61,938 nt of DNA from the IMG/VR virus record IMGVR_UViG_3300025889_000121, positions 1 through 61,938 of that record, one strand, 5' to 3'. Below are positions 43,597 to 54,000 of the stretch, piece by piece. Positions within the stretch are counted from its first letter, which is position 1; each line of letters begins with the position of its first letter. The notes beneath the pieces were generated by a model. It was not told the DNA's origin and ran no database searches. It saw only the letters and a list, made by a program, of their open reading frames with translations. Source of the DNA: a virus (taxonomy: Duplodnaviria > Caudoviricetes). The translations under genes were made by a program, and so were the position numbers.

Positions 43597-45547
43597 ATTA
43601 ATATTTCAACCAGGAATCAACAAGGATAAAACTAATTACTCACAAGAAGGTGGTTGGTATGCATGCGATAAGATTCGCTTTCGTCAAGGCTTTCCAGAAA
43701 AGATAGGCGGTTGGGAAGTTCAAAACTTTAACCAATACGTTGGTGATGGGCGCAGTTTATATTCTTATAATACACTCACAGGCGATAGCATATTTGGTAT
43801 TGGTACTAACTTAAAAATGCATGTAGCTGCGGGTACGACAGTTTATGATGTAACACCTATTAGAGCTACATTAACGACACCTACAACAGATAATTGCTTT
43901 CAAACAGATGGCTCAACTACAACAGTCACTGTTAATATTACAGGACATGGCGCTGTTGATGGTGACTATGTAACTTTTAGTGGTGCGACAGGCCCTGTAG
44001 GTGGTGTACCTGCAAGTGAACTTAACGCTGAACATGTAATAACTTATGTTGATGCAAATACATTTACCATTACAGTAACAACTGCGTCTACCTCTGTTGT
44101 AGCTGCGGGGGGTGGTACAGCGATTAGTGCAGCGTTTCAATGGAATACAGGTTATGGTGTTGCTACACTAGGTTATGGTTGGGGTACAGGTACTTGGGGT
44201 AGAGGTACATGGGGTTCAGGTTCGACACTACCTATTTATTTACAGCCACGAACAATATTCCAAGATAATTTTAATAATGATTTAATCTTTAATGTTAAAG
44301 GTTCTTTTATATACTACTGGGTTTACAATAATAGTTTTAGTAATCGAGCAGTAAAATTAAGTTCTATAGCAGGAGCAGTAGCTGTTCCACAACAAGTTAA
44401 CTTAATATTATTTGCACCAACAGGTCATTTGTTTGCTATGGGTTGTACTGAGTATGATGCTGGAGCTGCTTCTCCTGACTATTTAGGTAACTATGACCCA
44501 CTTATGATTCGTTGGTCTAATGTAGATGCAACGGTAGGTCCTGAACCTGAAAAATGGCAACCGACGGCTACCAATACTGCAGGCTTTTTACGGATTAAAT
44601 CGGGTTCTGAAATTATTGCAGCAATTAATACCCGACAAGAAACCCTAGTATGGACAGACTATTCACTAACTTCTATTCAGTTTTTAGGTACACAAGAAGT
44701 GTTTGGCTTGCAAGAATTATCTGCATCTATCAGTATTATGGGCCCTAAAGTTGTAGCAGAAGCAAATAACATGGTGTTCTGGATGGGTAACGATAAGTTC
44801 TTTGTTTACTCTGGTCGTGTAGATACATTGCCTTGTACACTCAAACGTCATGTATTTGACAATATTACAAGAGAACAAGCAAGTATTTTCTTTGCGGGCA
44901 CAAACCGTGAATTTAACGAAGTTGTTTGGTTCTATATGTCGGGTAATTCTGGTGTTACAGATATTGATAGTTATGTTATTTACAATTATCAAGACCAAAT
45001 TTGGTATTATGGCTCATTAGAGCGTACAGCATGGATTGATGCTACGATTGCTGACCACCCAACAGGACTTAATGATGGATGGATGTATAGTCATGAAAAA
45101 GGTAATGACGACGGGCAACCATTGGGCGCTGCACCTGTAGGTATTAGTGCTTATATTCAGTCTGCTGATATAGATATTGGTGATGGCGATCAGTTTATGT
45201 TAACACGTCGTATTATTCCAGATGTTGACTTTACTGATTCTGATTTAAATAACTCTGTGACAGGCGCTGTTTTAACACCTGAAGCTACCATTACAGTAGG
45301 GGTTAGAAACTTCCCAGGTGCTACAGCAGCTACAACAGATGTAGCGGGTTCTACACTAGCAAGAGATGTTGTAACTGCGACTGCTCCTGCGACATCAACT
45401 GCGATTATTGACCAGTATACTAACCAAGTTTTTGTTAGGGCACGGGGTCGACAAATGAATTTTAAAATTGAAAGTGATGGTATAGGTGTGCAGTGGCAGT
45501 TAGGTATGCCAAGAGTTGATGCAAGGCCTGATGGTAGGAGGGGCTAA
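43583..45547 (+). CDS. Tail nozzle / DNA-stabilisation protein (P22 gp10-like, putative)
   Basis: 654-aa beta-rich protein; PGINK...RFRQGFPEKIGGW; C-terminal RPDGRR. Confidence 0.7.
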   Translation: MPLTKLIFQPGINKDKTNYSQEGGWYACDKIRFRQGFPEKIGGWEVQNFNQYVGDGRSLYSYNTLTGDSIFGIGTNLKMHVAAGTTVYDVTPIRATLTTPTTDNCFQTDGSTTTVTVNITGHGAVDGDYVTFSGATGPVGGVPASELNAEHVITYVDANTFTITVTTASTSVVAAGGGTAISAAFQWNTGYGVATLGYGWGTGTWGRGTWGSGSTLPIYLQPRTIFQDNFNNDLIFNVKGSFIYYWVYNNSFSNRAVKLSSIAGAVAVPQQVNLILFAPTGHLFAMGCTEYDAGAASPDYLGNYDPLMIRWSNVDATVGPEPEKWQPTATNTAGFLRIKSGSEIIAAINTRQETLVWTDYSLTSIQFLGTQEVFGLQELSASISIMGPKVVAEANNMVFWMGNDKFFVYSGRVDTLPCTLKRHVFDNITREQASIFFAGTNREFNEVVWFYMSGNSGVTDIDSYVIYNYQDQIWYYGSLERTAWIDATIADHPTGLNDGWMYSHEKGNDDGQPLGAAPVGISAYIQSADIDIGDGDQFMLTRRIIPDVDFTDSDLNNSVTGAVLTPEATITVGVRNFPGATAATTDVAGSTLARDVVTATAPATSTAIIDQYTNQVFVRARGRQMNFKIESDGIGVQWQLGMPRVDARPDGRRG

Positions 45548-46212
45548 TGTCTCATCAGAATATCCCCAAGGCGCCTAACTTAGTATTAACTGAGCCTGAA
45601 TATAATATACAGAATGAGTCGCAGTTTAGAAACCAATTGCGTTTGTATTTTAACCAGCTTGATGATACTAACCAGACATTATATGGCGGTGTAGGTGGGT
45701 ATCATCTTAACTTCCCTCACATCTCAGCCTATAGCGCGTCAGACTTGTATGCAACGGCAGATAATACAGCGACTAAAGTAGTGTGGTCAGCAGCGGATGA
45801 TGTGCAAGGGTTTACCTTAAATGCTAATAATACAGCTACCCCAGACCATAACGGTACATACAAGATTGAGTATAGCCTACAAGCGGTTAATACAGATAAT
45901 ACATCGGCGCATGATATAGTGTTTTGGATGCAGATTGATGGAGTTGATTTAGCAAACAGTGCGACCAAGTTTACAATAATTGCAGCTAAAAGTGCAGCTA
46001 ATCCCTCATACCAAACATTAGCAGGGTTTATAACATGGGAAGCTACTGCAGGAGAAGAAGTCGCACTTTTCTGGGCAACTGAGAAAGCTTATTCAACATC
46101 AGGCCCAGTTAATGGAGTTTATTTAGAATATGAAGCAGCCCAATCGTCACCTTATGCACGCCCAGCAATACCGTCTGCATATGGCCTAATACAATATATT
46201 GGGCGAGATTAA
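45547..46212 (+). CDS. Tail-associated protein
   Basis: QLRLYFNQLD coil followed by a beta domain. Confidence 0.65.
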   Translation: MSHQNIPKAPNLVLTEPEYNIQNESQFRNQLRLYFNQLDDTNQTLYGGVGGYHLNFPHISAYSASDLYATADNTATKVVWSAADDVQGFTLNANNTATPDHNGTYKIEYSLQAVNTDNTSAHDIVFWMQIDGVDLANSATKFTIIAAKSAANPSYQTLAGFITWEATAGEEVALFWATEKAYSTSGPVNGVYLEYEAAQSSPYARPAIPSAYGLIQYIGRD

Positions 46213-46267
46213 GGTTTATACGTAACACATTTAATGGTATTATACAACTTATATTAATGGATAAAAT

Positions 46268-47707
46268 ATGAACAATCTTCTAACAGCACAAGACCTAGCA
46301 CAACAAGGTAGATATGGTGATACTACGTTAGTTCATATGAACCCACAAGAGGTTCAAGGACTACAAAGTTTAGCTTTAGCTAACGGAACAACAATGACTA
46401 GGAACCCTAATACTGGTATGCCAGAAGCGTTTAGCTTAGGTGGTGCACTAGGTAGTCTTATCCCTATGGGCGTTGGAGCTGCGTTAACTCCGTTCACAGG
46501 ACCATTAGGTGCAGGTTTATTAGTAGGTGGCTTATCATATGCTATGACAGGAGATTTAGGTACAGGCATAATGTCAGGATTAGGTGCTTATGGAGGTGGA
46601 AGTTTAGCCGATACTTTTTCTAAAACAGGTCAAGCAGCGGCAATTACAGGATCAACCAATGCTGAATTAAACAAAGAAGCCTTATCAGGATTAACTGCAA
46701 AGCAAGCTACATCAGGTGCTGCTCCAGGGTATGGTGGGTATGATCCATTTACTCAAGCAATGTCAGGAAAAGCAGCGGGCTCTTTACCAGCGCTAACAAC
46801 AAACAGTGGTTTTTTAGCACAAAATCCAGTAGCTACGGCTAACTTAGGCACAAAAGCAACTCCAAAAATTTTACAAGGAGAATCTTTTGGAGATAAATTT
46901 ACTAGAATGGGACAAAACTCTCAAGACTATTTTGGTGATGTTGGTAGAGGTGTAAGCGATTTATTTGATACCAAAGCTTTAACTGATGTTGAAGGCTTAA
47001 CACCAGAAATGGAAAATATTAGAAAAGGCACTTCAGGTTATCAAAGATTTTTAAATGCTGGTGGTAGTGGTATGCAACTAGCTTCTGTCCCTGCAAGCGC
47101 TGTTATGGGTGGTCTAGAAGAAAAAGATATTTATGGAGAACCATTAGTAATTCCACCAGATAGAAGATTTTATGGTCCATATGGACAACTTAATTTAAGT
47201 GGTCCAACAGGGTTAAGATTACCAATGTATGCTAAAGAAGGTGGAGCAGTTAAAGGATATAAAGGTGGCGGTGGATTAGGGCTTAAAGGTCTTATGAATT
47301 CAGGAAACACACAGGGTACCATGACAAACACTTCTACAGGCGAAGTTACTGATATGTCAGGACAGTCTGTGTTAGATATGTTAAAACAAGCAGGCATTGT
47401 ACGATACGCTGATGGAGGTATGGCTAATTTAACACCAGATCAAGGTAAAATGTTAAATGGTATGGGTGATGGCGTATCAGATGATATACCTGCTAATATA
47501 GAAGGTGAACAAGAAGCTGCTTTATCAGATGGTGAATTTATTGTGCCAGCTAGAATAGTTTCTGAACTAGGCAATGGTTCATCAGATGCTGGCGCTGAAA
47601 AACTATATGCAATGATTGATAGAATTCAAGGTGCTAGAAAACAAACAATAGGTACTAATAAGGAATACGCTAAAGACACAAATGCGGAAAGGTACTTGCC
47701 TGCTTGA
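46268..47707 (+). CDS. Internal virion/ejection protein (putative)
   Basis: GRYGDT.LVH...NPNTGMPEAF, Gly-zipper, C-terminal GDGVSDDIPA...LSDGEFIVPA. Confidence 0.7.
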   Translation: MNNLLTAQDLAQQGRYGDTTLVHMNPQEVQGLQSLALANGTTMTRNPNTGMPEAFSLGGALGSLIPMGVGAALTPFTGPLGAGLLVGGLSYAMTGDLGTGIMSGLGAYGGGSLADTFSKTGQAAAITGSTNAELNKEALSGLTAKQATSGAAPGYGGYDPFTQAMSGKAAGSLPALTTNSGFLAQNPVATANLGTKATPKILQGESFGDKFTRMGQNSQDYFGDVGRGVSDLFDTKALTDVEGLTPEMENIRKGTSGYQRFLNAGGSGMQLASVPASAVMGGLEEKDIYGEPLVIPPDRRFYGPYGQLNLSGPTGLRLPMYAKEGGAVKGYKGGGGLGLKGLMNSGNTQGTMTNTSTGEVTDMSGQSVLDMLKQAGIVRYADGGMANLTPDQGKMLNGMGDGVSDDIPANIEGEQEAALSDGEFIVPARIVSELGNGSSDAGAEKLYAMIDRIQGARKQTIGTNKEYAKDTNAERYLPA

Positions 47708-48126
47708 TTGACACAACGATTGTTCCAAAGGAACATATAAAAATTATTTGGCATCAAATAAAAGAATATGCAGAAAAGTGTGCCAAGTATACTTACGGTA
47801 GATATACCGCAGATGATATATTAGAAGGTCTTTTAACTAAAGATCAACAGTTGTGGGTGCCTTTTAATGTAATTACTAAAGAAATTATAGGGTTTTGGGT
47901 AACAGAAGTAGTAGAGTACCCACAAATGAATGTGCTAGTTTTGCATTTTGTAGGAGGTAAAGACTTTCCTAGTTGGACAGAAAAAGGGTTTCCTAAACTA
48001 CAAAAGTTTGCAAAAGAAGCAGGGTGTAAAATTATGGAGTCTTATGGCAGACCAGGTTGGGAAGTTATGTGGAAAGACCATGGATATAAAAAACGTTTCG
48101 TGTTTTACGAATTACCAGTGGAGTAA
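47704..48126 (+). CDS. GNAT-fold-like protein
   Basis: FAKEAGC...GRPGW motif; lies among ejection genes. Confidence 0.55.
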   Translation: MIDTTIVPKEHIKIIWHQIKEYAEKCAKYTYGRYTADDILEGLLTKDQQLWVPFNVITKEIIGFWVTEVVEYPQMNVLVLHFVGGKDFPSWTEKGFPKLQKFAKEAGCKIMESYGRPGWEVMWKDHGYKKRFVFYELPVE

Positions 48127-48132
48127 ATTATT

Positions 48133-49293
48133 ATGATGTTTCATAAATTATTGTGGAATATATGTACAGGCTTTCAAGAGTTCTTTACATTTTATAAAGG
48201 CAAAGGCGGTGGTGGCGGAGGCTCACAGCAGACCACTTCGTATTCTACCAACTTACCTGAATATGCAAAGCCATTTTATGAAGAACTATTAAAACAATCT
48301 GGTAAAGAAGTATATAAAACTGACGCTTCTGGTAACGTTATTGGGGTACAAGATTATACTCCTTATACTGGTGATCGTGTAGCTGCATTTACACCAGAAC
48401 AATTAACAGTTCAAAAAGAAGTATCAGGCATGACCACTCCAGGTCAATTTGGTACTGCTACATCTCAATTAGGCACTGTTAGTGGCTTAGGGGGCACAGC
48501 AGCGGCTAGAGGGCTTGGTTTAGGTTTAGGCTATACTCCAGGTACTATTACTCCGTCAACAGTATCCACAGGCACATTTGATACCGCTGCAGCTAAAGCT
48601 TATATGGATCCATATACTCAAGCTGTTATTGATGTTCAGAAAAAAGAAGCATTAAGACAAGCTGGTATAGCCAAAGCAGGTTCTACTATGGGTGCTATTG
48701 GTCGAGGTACTTTTGGTGGTGCTAGACAAGCTCTTATGCAATCAGAAGCTGATAGAAATACACAAGACTTATTAGATAGAATACAAGCAGAAGGCGCTAC
48801 TAAAGCATTTACACAAGCACAACAAGCTTTTCAAGCTGACCAAGCACGACAATTACAAGCAGGTATGACCAATCAACAAGCCGGTTTACAGGCCTCTCAA
48901 TTAGGTCAACAAGCTCAACAGTTCCAAGCAGGGCTAGGTAAAGATATAGGTCTAGCTGGGCTACAAACAGGTCTAGAAGGCGCTAAAGCTATGGGTGCAT
49001 TAGGTGCTACAGAACAATTAGCTAACCTTGAAAGACTTAAAGCACAGGCGGCATCAGGTGCAGAACAACAAGCTTATCAACAAGAGATTGATAATATTAA
49101 ATACCAAAACTTTATGGAAGAACAAGACTACGCTCGCAAACTACTCGAGTATCAATCAAACGTTCTTCGTGGTACCGCAGGTGCATTAGGTTCTACACAA
49201 GTTGCTTATGCTCCAGCTCCTAGCTTTGCATCACAGATTGGTGGTCTAGGTTTAGCAGGGCTTGGTCTATACGGTTTAATGAATAAAGGATAA
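48133..49293 (+). CDS. Internal virion/ejection protein
   Basis: Gly/Gln/Ala-rich; YMDPY, GTFGGARQA; hydrophobic C-terminus. Confidence 0.7.
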   Translation: MMFHKLLWNICTGFQEFFTFYKGKGGGGGGSQQTTSYSTNLPEYAKPFYEELLKQSGKEVYKTDASGNVIGVQDYTPYTGDRVAAFTPEQLTVQKEVSGMTTPGQFGTATSQLGTVSGLGGTAAARGLGLGLGYTPGTITPSTVSTGTFDTAAAKAYMDPYTQAVIDVQKKEALRQAGIAKAGSTMGAIGRGTFGGARQALMQSEADRNTQDLLDRIQAEGATKAFTQAQQAFQADQARQLQAGMTNQQAGLQASQLGQQAQQFQAGLGKDIGLAGLQTGLEGAKAMGALGATEQLANLERLKAQAASGAEQQAYQQEIDNIKYQNFMEEQDYARKLLEYQSNVLRGTAGALGSTQVAYAPAPSFASQIGGLGLAGLGLYGLMNKG

Positions 49294-49298
49294 CTATT

Positions 49299-51062
49299 AT
49301 GATTGGGATTAGTGGATTAATTGCTGATAAAAATTTTAGGAAAATTACTGACCCTGATATAGTTAATATATTACAGGATCTAAAAAATCTGCCTGATAAT
49401 GTGCTTATGGGTTATGCACAAAACCCAAACGATCCTAAACAAACATATGCATTAAGTGTGTTGGTGTCTAGAAAAAATGCTAAAGATGAAGCAGCAACAC
49501 AACCACAATCTACTGTAAAAGATGATGTTATAGCTAGCATATCAGAACCACCAAAAGGTTTAAACACTTTAGCTTCAAATCAACCTGCTCCTCAAGGTAT
49601 AGGCGCTCCAGGCCCTACTCCTCAACAATTAACACAAGCAGGGGGTGTAACTAGACTAGTTTCAAACGTAGGTCGTAATTATGCAGGAGGAGGTATTGTA
49701 GCTTTTGCTGGTGAGGGTGGCAGTTTAGTAGATAGGGCTTTTGGGGTAAAAGATTCTTTTCAATTAAAACCAAATCAAACACCTTTTAATGTTATACCAA
49801 CTGCTAACAATAGCAAAACTATGCTTGATTATTATGAAAAGCAATTAGGTGCACTACAACAAGCTAAAAAATCTGGACTTCCTGGTGTAGTAATGGGTTC
49901 AGGAGAACTAGAAGCTACTGAAATGTTGCTTAAGAAAAGAATAGATGACATTAAAAAAAGCTCTGCTTTTAAAGATTTAGAATTAAATAAAGAAGCTGCT
50001 TTAGATCAGGCTGATTTAGGAGATGTTGATAAACAAGGTTCTATGACAGCTCCAGAAGACTATTTAAGTAAATCTACAGATGAAATTGTAAATACAAAAG
50101 ATTTATTACAACAAGCTGATAGAAATATTGATCAAGCTAAAATAGATGCTGAAAGAGAAGCTAATGAAAAAATAGCAGAAGAGCAAGCTAGAGATGCTAT
50201 GAAGAAAGAATATTCTGATAAGATAACTACTAACATACAAGACTTTATTAAAGATGCAGATGAAATGAAAAGCAATAAAGTTCTTACAAATCATTTATCA
50301 GATATTAAAAACATTTATAAAGAACAAGGTATTGATGAATCTATCTTTGGTCAAGTTGACACAATGAACAAAGAAGCAAAAGAAAGGATAACTAAAGATA
50401 GATTTGTTGCAAGCGATCTAGCTTTAATTGAAGCAGGTTTATTGGTAGCTTCAGGAGAATCGCCTAATGCTTTAAGTAACTTAGGTAAAGCTGCTCCAGC
50501 AGTACAAAACTATATTAAGAATATTCAAAGTCTTCGTGGTGAAGAAAGAGATCTAGCTAAAATGGAATTAATGGTTGCATCTGCTAAGACTGCTATGAAA
50601 CAAGGCATGGTAGACAAAGCTATGAGTTTATATAGTCAGCAAGAAACTATTAACAAAGGCATTGATATGGCTAAACTAAACAATAAACAACAAGCCAGAC
50701 GTGATGAAATTACAACACTTGCTAATATGGATATGCAAAAGATTAAAGAATCCGCTGCGTATAAACAAGCTATGGAAATATTAGAAAAACAAGAATCTGG
50801 CAAAGACACAAGACTTGAAAAAGATATAGAAGGCAGAAAAGAAATTGCAAAAATAAGCGCTAGTAAATCAGGGAACCTTGATGAAAAAACTTTATTTAAA
50901 GCAAGAGCCGATGCTTCTACTGAATGGGACAAAAATCTTCTATTACAAAAGCAATACCCTATTAAACAAGATTATATAAACTCTGTAGTAGGCTCAGCTT
51001 ACGGAGCTCCTACAAGCGCAACAAACCAAAGTAGTGGTACTATATTTGATGTAGATTATTAG
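49299..51062 (+). CDS. Internal virion/ejection protein
   Basis: Helical; YAGGGIVAFA motif; position in module. Confidence 0.65.
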   Translation: MIGISGLIADKNFRKITDPDIVNILQDLKNLPDNVLMGYAQNPNDPKQTYALSVLVSRKNAKDEAATQPQSTVKDDVIASISEPPKGLNTLASNQPAPQGIGAPGPTPQQLTQAGGVTRLVSNVGRNYAGGGIVAFAGEGGSLVDRAFGVKDSFQLKPNQTPFNVIPTANNSKTMLDYYEKQLGALQQAKKSGLPGVVMGSGELEATEMLLKKRIDDIKKSSAFKDLELNKEAALDQADLGDVDKQGSMTAPEDYLSKSTDEIVNTKDLLQQADRNIDQAKIDAEREANEKIAEEQARDAMKKEYSDKITTNIQDFIKDADEMKSNKVLTNHLSDIKNIYKEQGIDESIFGQVDTMNKEAKERITKDRFVASDLALIEAGLLVASGESPNALSNLGKAAPAVQNYIKNIQSLRGEERDLAKMELMVASAKTAMKQGMVDKAMSLYSQQETINKGIDMAKLNNKQQARRDEITTLANMDMQKIKESAAYKQAMEILEKQESGKDTRLEKDIEGRKEIAKISASKSGNLDEKTLFKARADASTEWDKNLLLQKQYPIKQDYINSVVGSAYGAPTSATNQSSGTIFDVDY

Positions 51063-51071
51063 GCGGTTTAA

Positions 51072-54000
51072 ATGCCATACTCAATATTAACTAAAGACGG
51101 TATACGAATAAACAATATACCAGATGATGTCCCTAAAGACGCGGAAGAGCTAAAAGAAAGAGTAGCAAAAGCTCGAGAAGAACGTCAATATCAAGAAGAA
51201 TTAAAACAAACAGAAACTGCTGGAACAATCGAGTCTTTAATAGGATCAACTAAAAGATATGTATCTTCTATGGGCACAGCTCTTGATGTAGGTGACACCG
51301 CTGAAGAAGCTGCCTTACAAGGTATAGAACGCCAACAAGATATAGCAAAAGATTACCGTCCTGGTATTGATATATCTCGTATAGGCAAACGCTATGAAAA
51401 AGAAGGTTTATTTTCCGCTGCTAAAGAAACATTATCCCAAGTCCTCCCTGCTACAGCTGAACAAGTTCCTATATTAACTTCAATGGGCGTAGGTGCCGCT
51501 GCAGGCAGCCCATTTGGCCCTTTAGGTATGTTAGCTGGATCATTAATAGCTCCTTTCTTAAGTTATGTTGGTTCCAACATGGAAAGAAGAGCATCTGAAC
51601 AACTTGCTGAAGGTGAAGAAGTAGACATAAGTAGAGGAAAAGCTGCTTTAACAGCAGTTGGTCAATCCGCTGCTGAACGTCTTTCTTTAGGTATGTCTGG
51701 TTTAAGTAGAGCTATAGGTATTAATGTTTTAGGTAGAGAAGTTGCTAAAGACGCAGTAAAAGATAGCATGAGTATGGCTATAACAAAAGGCGTTGGTAGG
51801 TATGCTTTAGCTGAAGTACCAACAGAAATAGCCCAACAAGCTATGGAAAGAGCTTATGCAGGACTAGATGTAACAGGCGAAGAGGCTATGAAAGAATATG
51901 GTGAGGTTGCTGCCGCTACTTTACTATCAAGCCCACTAGGTGCTTTTTCAGGATACAAAGGAGAAAGTCTAAATAGAAAAGAAATAAATAGCAGAGAGCT
52001 TGAAGAAAAAGCTAATTTAGCTGCTATTAGAGAGAATGCTGAAAGAGTAAAAAGAGAAGAAATAAAAAAACAAACAACAGAAAAGACTATTTATTCACTT
52101 CAAGAAAGTATAAATGATACTATGGAAGTATCCACTAAAGGGTTAGAATACTTTATAGAAACTAGTGACATTAAAAAGCAAATAAAACCTTTTGAAGATA
52201 GATTAGAAGTTTTAAAAGAAAAAGCTGATAACGCCGCTGCAGATATGAATGCTAGAGCAGTTAAAGACTATCAAACTCAAATGCTAAAGATCAGTACAAA
52301 TATTACTGAAAAAATTAACAAGTTTAAAGATTTAAAATTAGAAGATATACAAAAACAAACAAATAGAGCTATAAAAGGTAGGGAGTTTATAGCAAACGAA
52401 ATACAAGCTGCTAAAGACTTAAAAGCAGAAGTAGATATGCAGACAAAAACACCAGGCATAGCTACTGATACTTTATTAAGAAACTTTATAGGCTTGCAAC
52501 GCAGATCTAAAACATACAAAGAACTCCTAGGTAAGGATTTAAAAAACCCAGAAGTCTTTCAAAGCATGGTTAATATATTTAATGAATATGAACCTAACAT
52601 TAGACAAGGTAATTATGGTATATTTTTAACCAATCTTACCGATTACATGGAGAAAAATTATGGACAAGAAATGGCAAGTATCTATGCTGGAGAGCGCGAT
52701 GTTATACTTAACAGATCCAAATTACAACCCACCGAAGGAAATAAAGCAGTTAACAGACGTGGAACTACTGGGGATACAGGTGATGTTAGAAAGATTGATG
52801 ACGGAAAGAGAGAAGGCAACCTTACACTAGAACAAGAATCTAAAACACTATTAGATGCTCTTGATAAAAGAAAAACCGCACAAGAAACAGAAACCAATCC
52901 TGATTTTATAGAAGACGCTAAAGATGATGAAGTGTTTCTTACTAAAATGTTGGACCGGTTTTCTTCTAAAACACTCAAAAAATTACCTAAAAACTTAGGA
53001 AAAACTAATGAAAGACGGCTTGCTGGCATTGTTGCTGAGTGGGTTGGCGAGACTAAAAATAATCCTGAAGCATTACAAGACCCAGACACATTAAAACAAT
53101 ACAACGCTGCTGTTAAGCTTATTCAAACTTATGAGCCTAATTTAGCAAAAGGCATGAAGCTTTCTGAAATAACTTTAAAAGAACAACCGGCTACACAAAA
53201 AGAACAACTAGCTACAACACAAGAATTAATTCATGAACCTTATAGCGAAACAACCAATTTATCTGAATTTGAAGATTTAAAAAATCCAGACCTTAAATCA
53301 GTTGAAGAATTATTAGCTGAAGTAGATATTTTATATGAACAGTTAGAAGCAGCTAGAGATAAAATTAAAGGGCAAAAAAGACCTAGAGCAAAAAACTTAC
53401 AGGCAATCAACAAAATTGAAGGTGAGATGACAGATTCTGCGATGCGATGGCGTGTTGGTCAAAGAACTGGAGACCCTTATAACATCACCCCAACTAAATT
53501 AGGGACCTTATTTAATAGTTTTTTATTTGCTCCTAGTAAATACTCTAGAGATAACTTACAAAATCATATTAATGAACTTAAAAAACGTTCAGGCCCGTCT
53601 ACAGACGAATATCAAGAGTTTAATTCATTACCTGCAGATCCTGAATTAATTAGGACTGTAACGTTAGGCAATAAAACTTTACCTCAAGCTATTAATACAG
53701 TATTACGAGCTAAAAAAGATTTAAATCCATATGAAAAATACATTTTACAAAAAATAGCAGCGACTCCAAACATAGGAAATGTTAGAGTTAAAGAAGGCGT
53801 ACAAAGAGATGTAGGAAAAGCATATAGAGGATCTTTTTCTAGTCTTACTAATACTATAGGTTTAGAACCAAACGCTGCTAATATAATTACTATTATGCAT
53901 GAGGGTGTGCATGCGGCAACTGTTAGAGAAATAAGTAAACATTTAACTAAGAATGATAAAGTAATTAATAATTCTGTGTTAGGGCAAGATTTACTTAATA

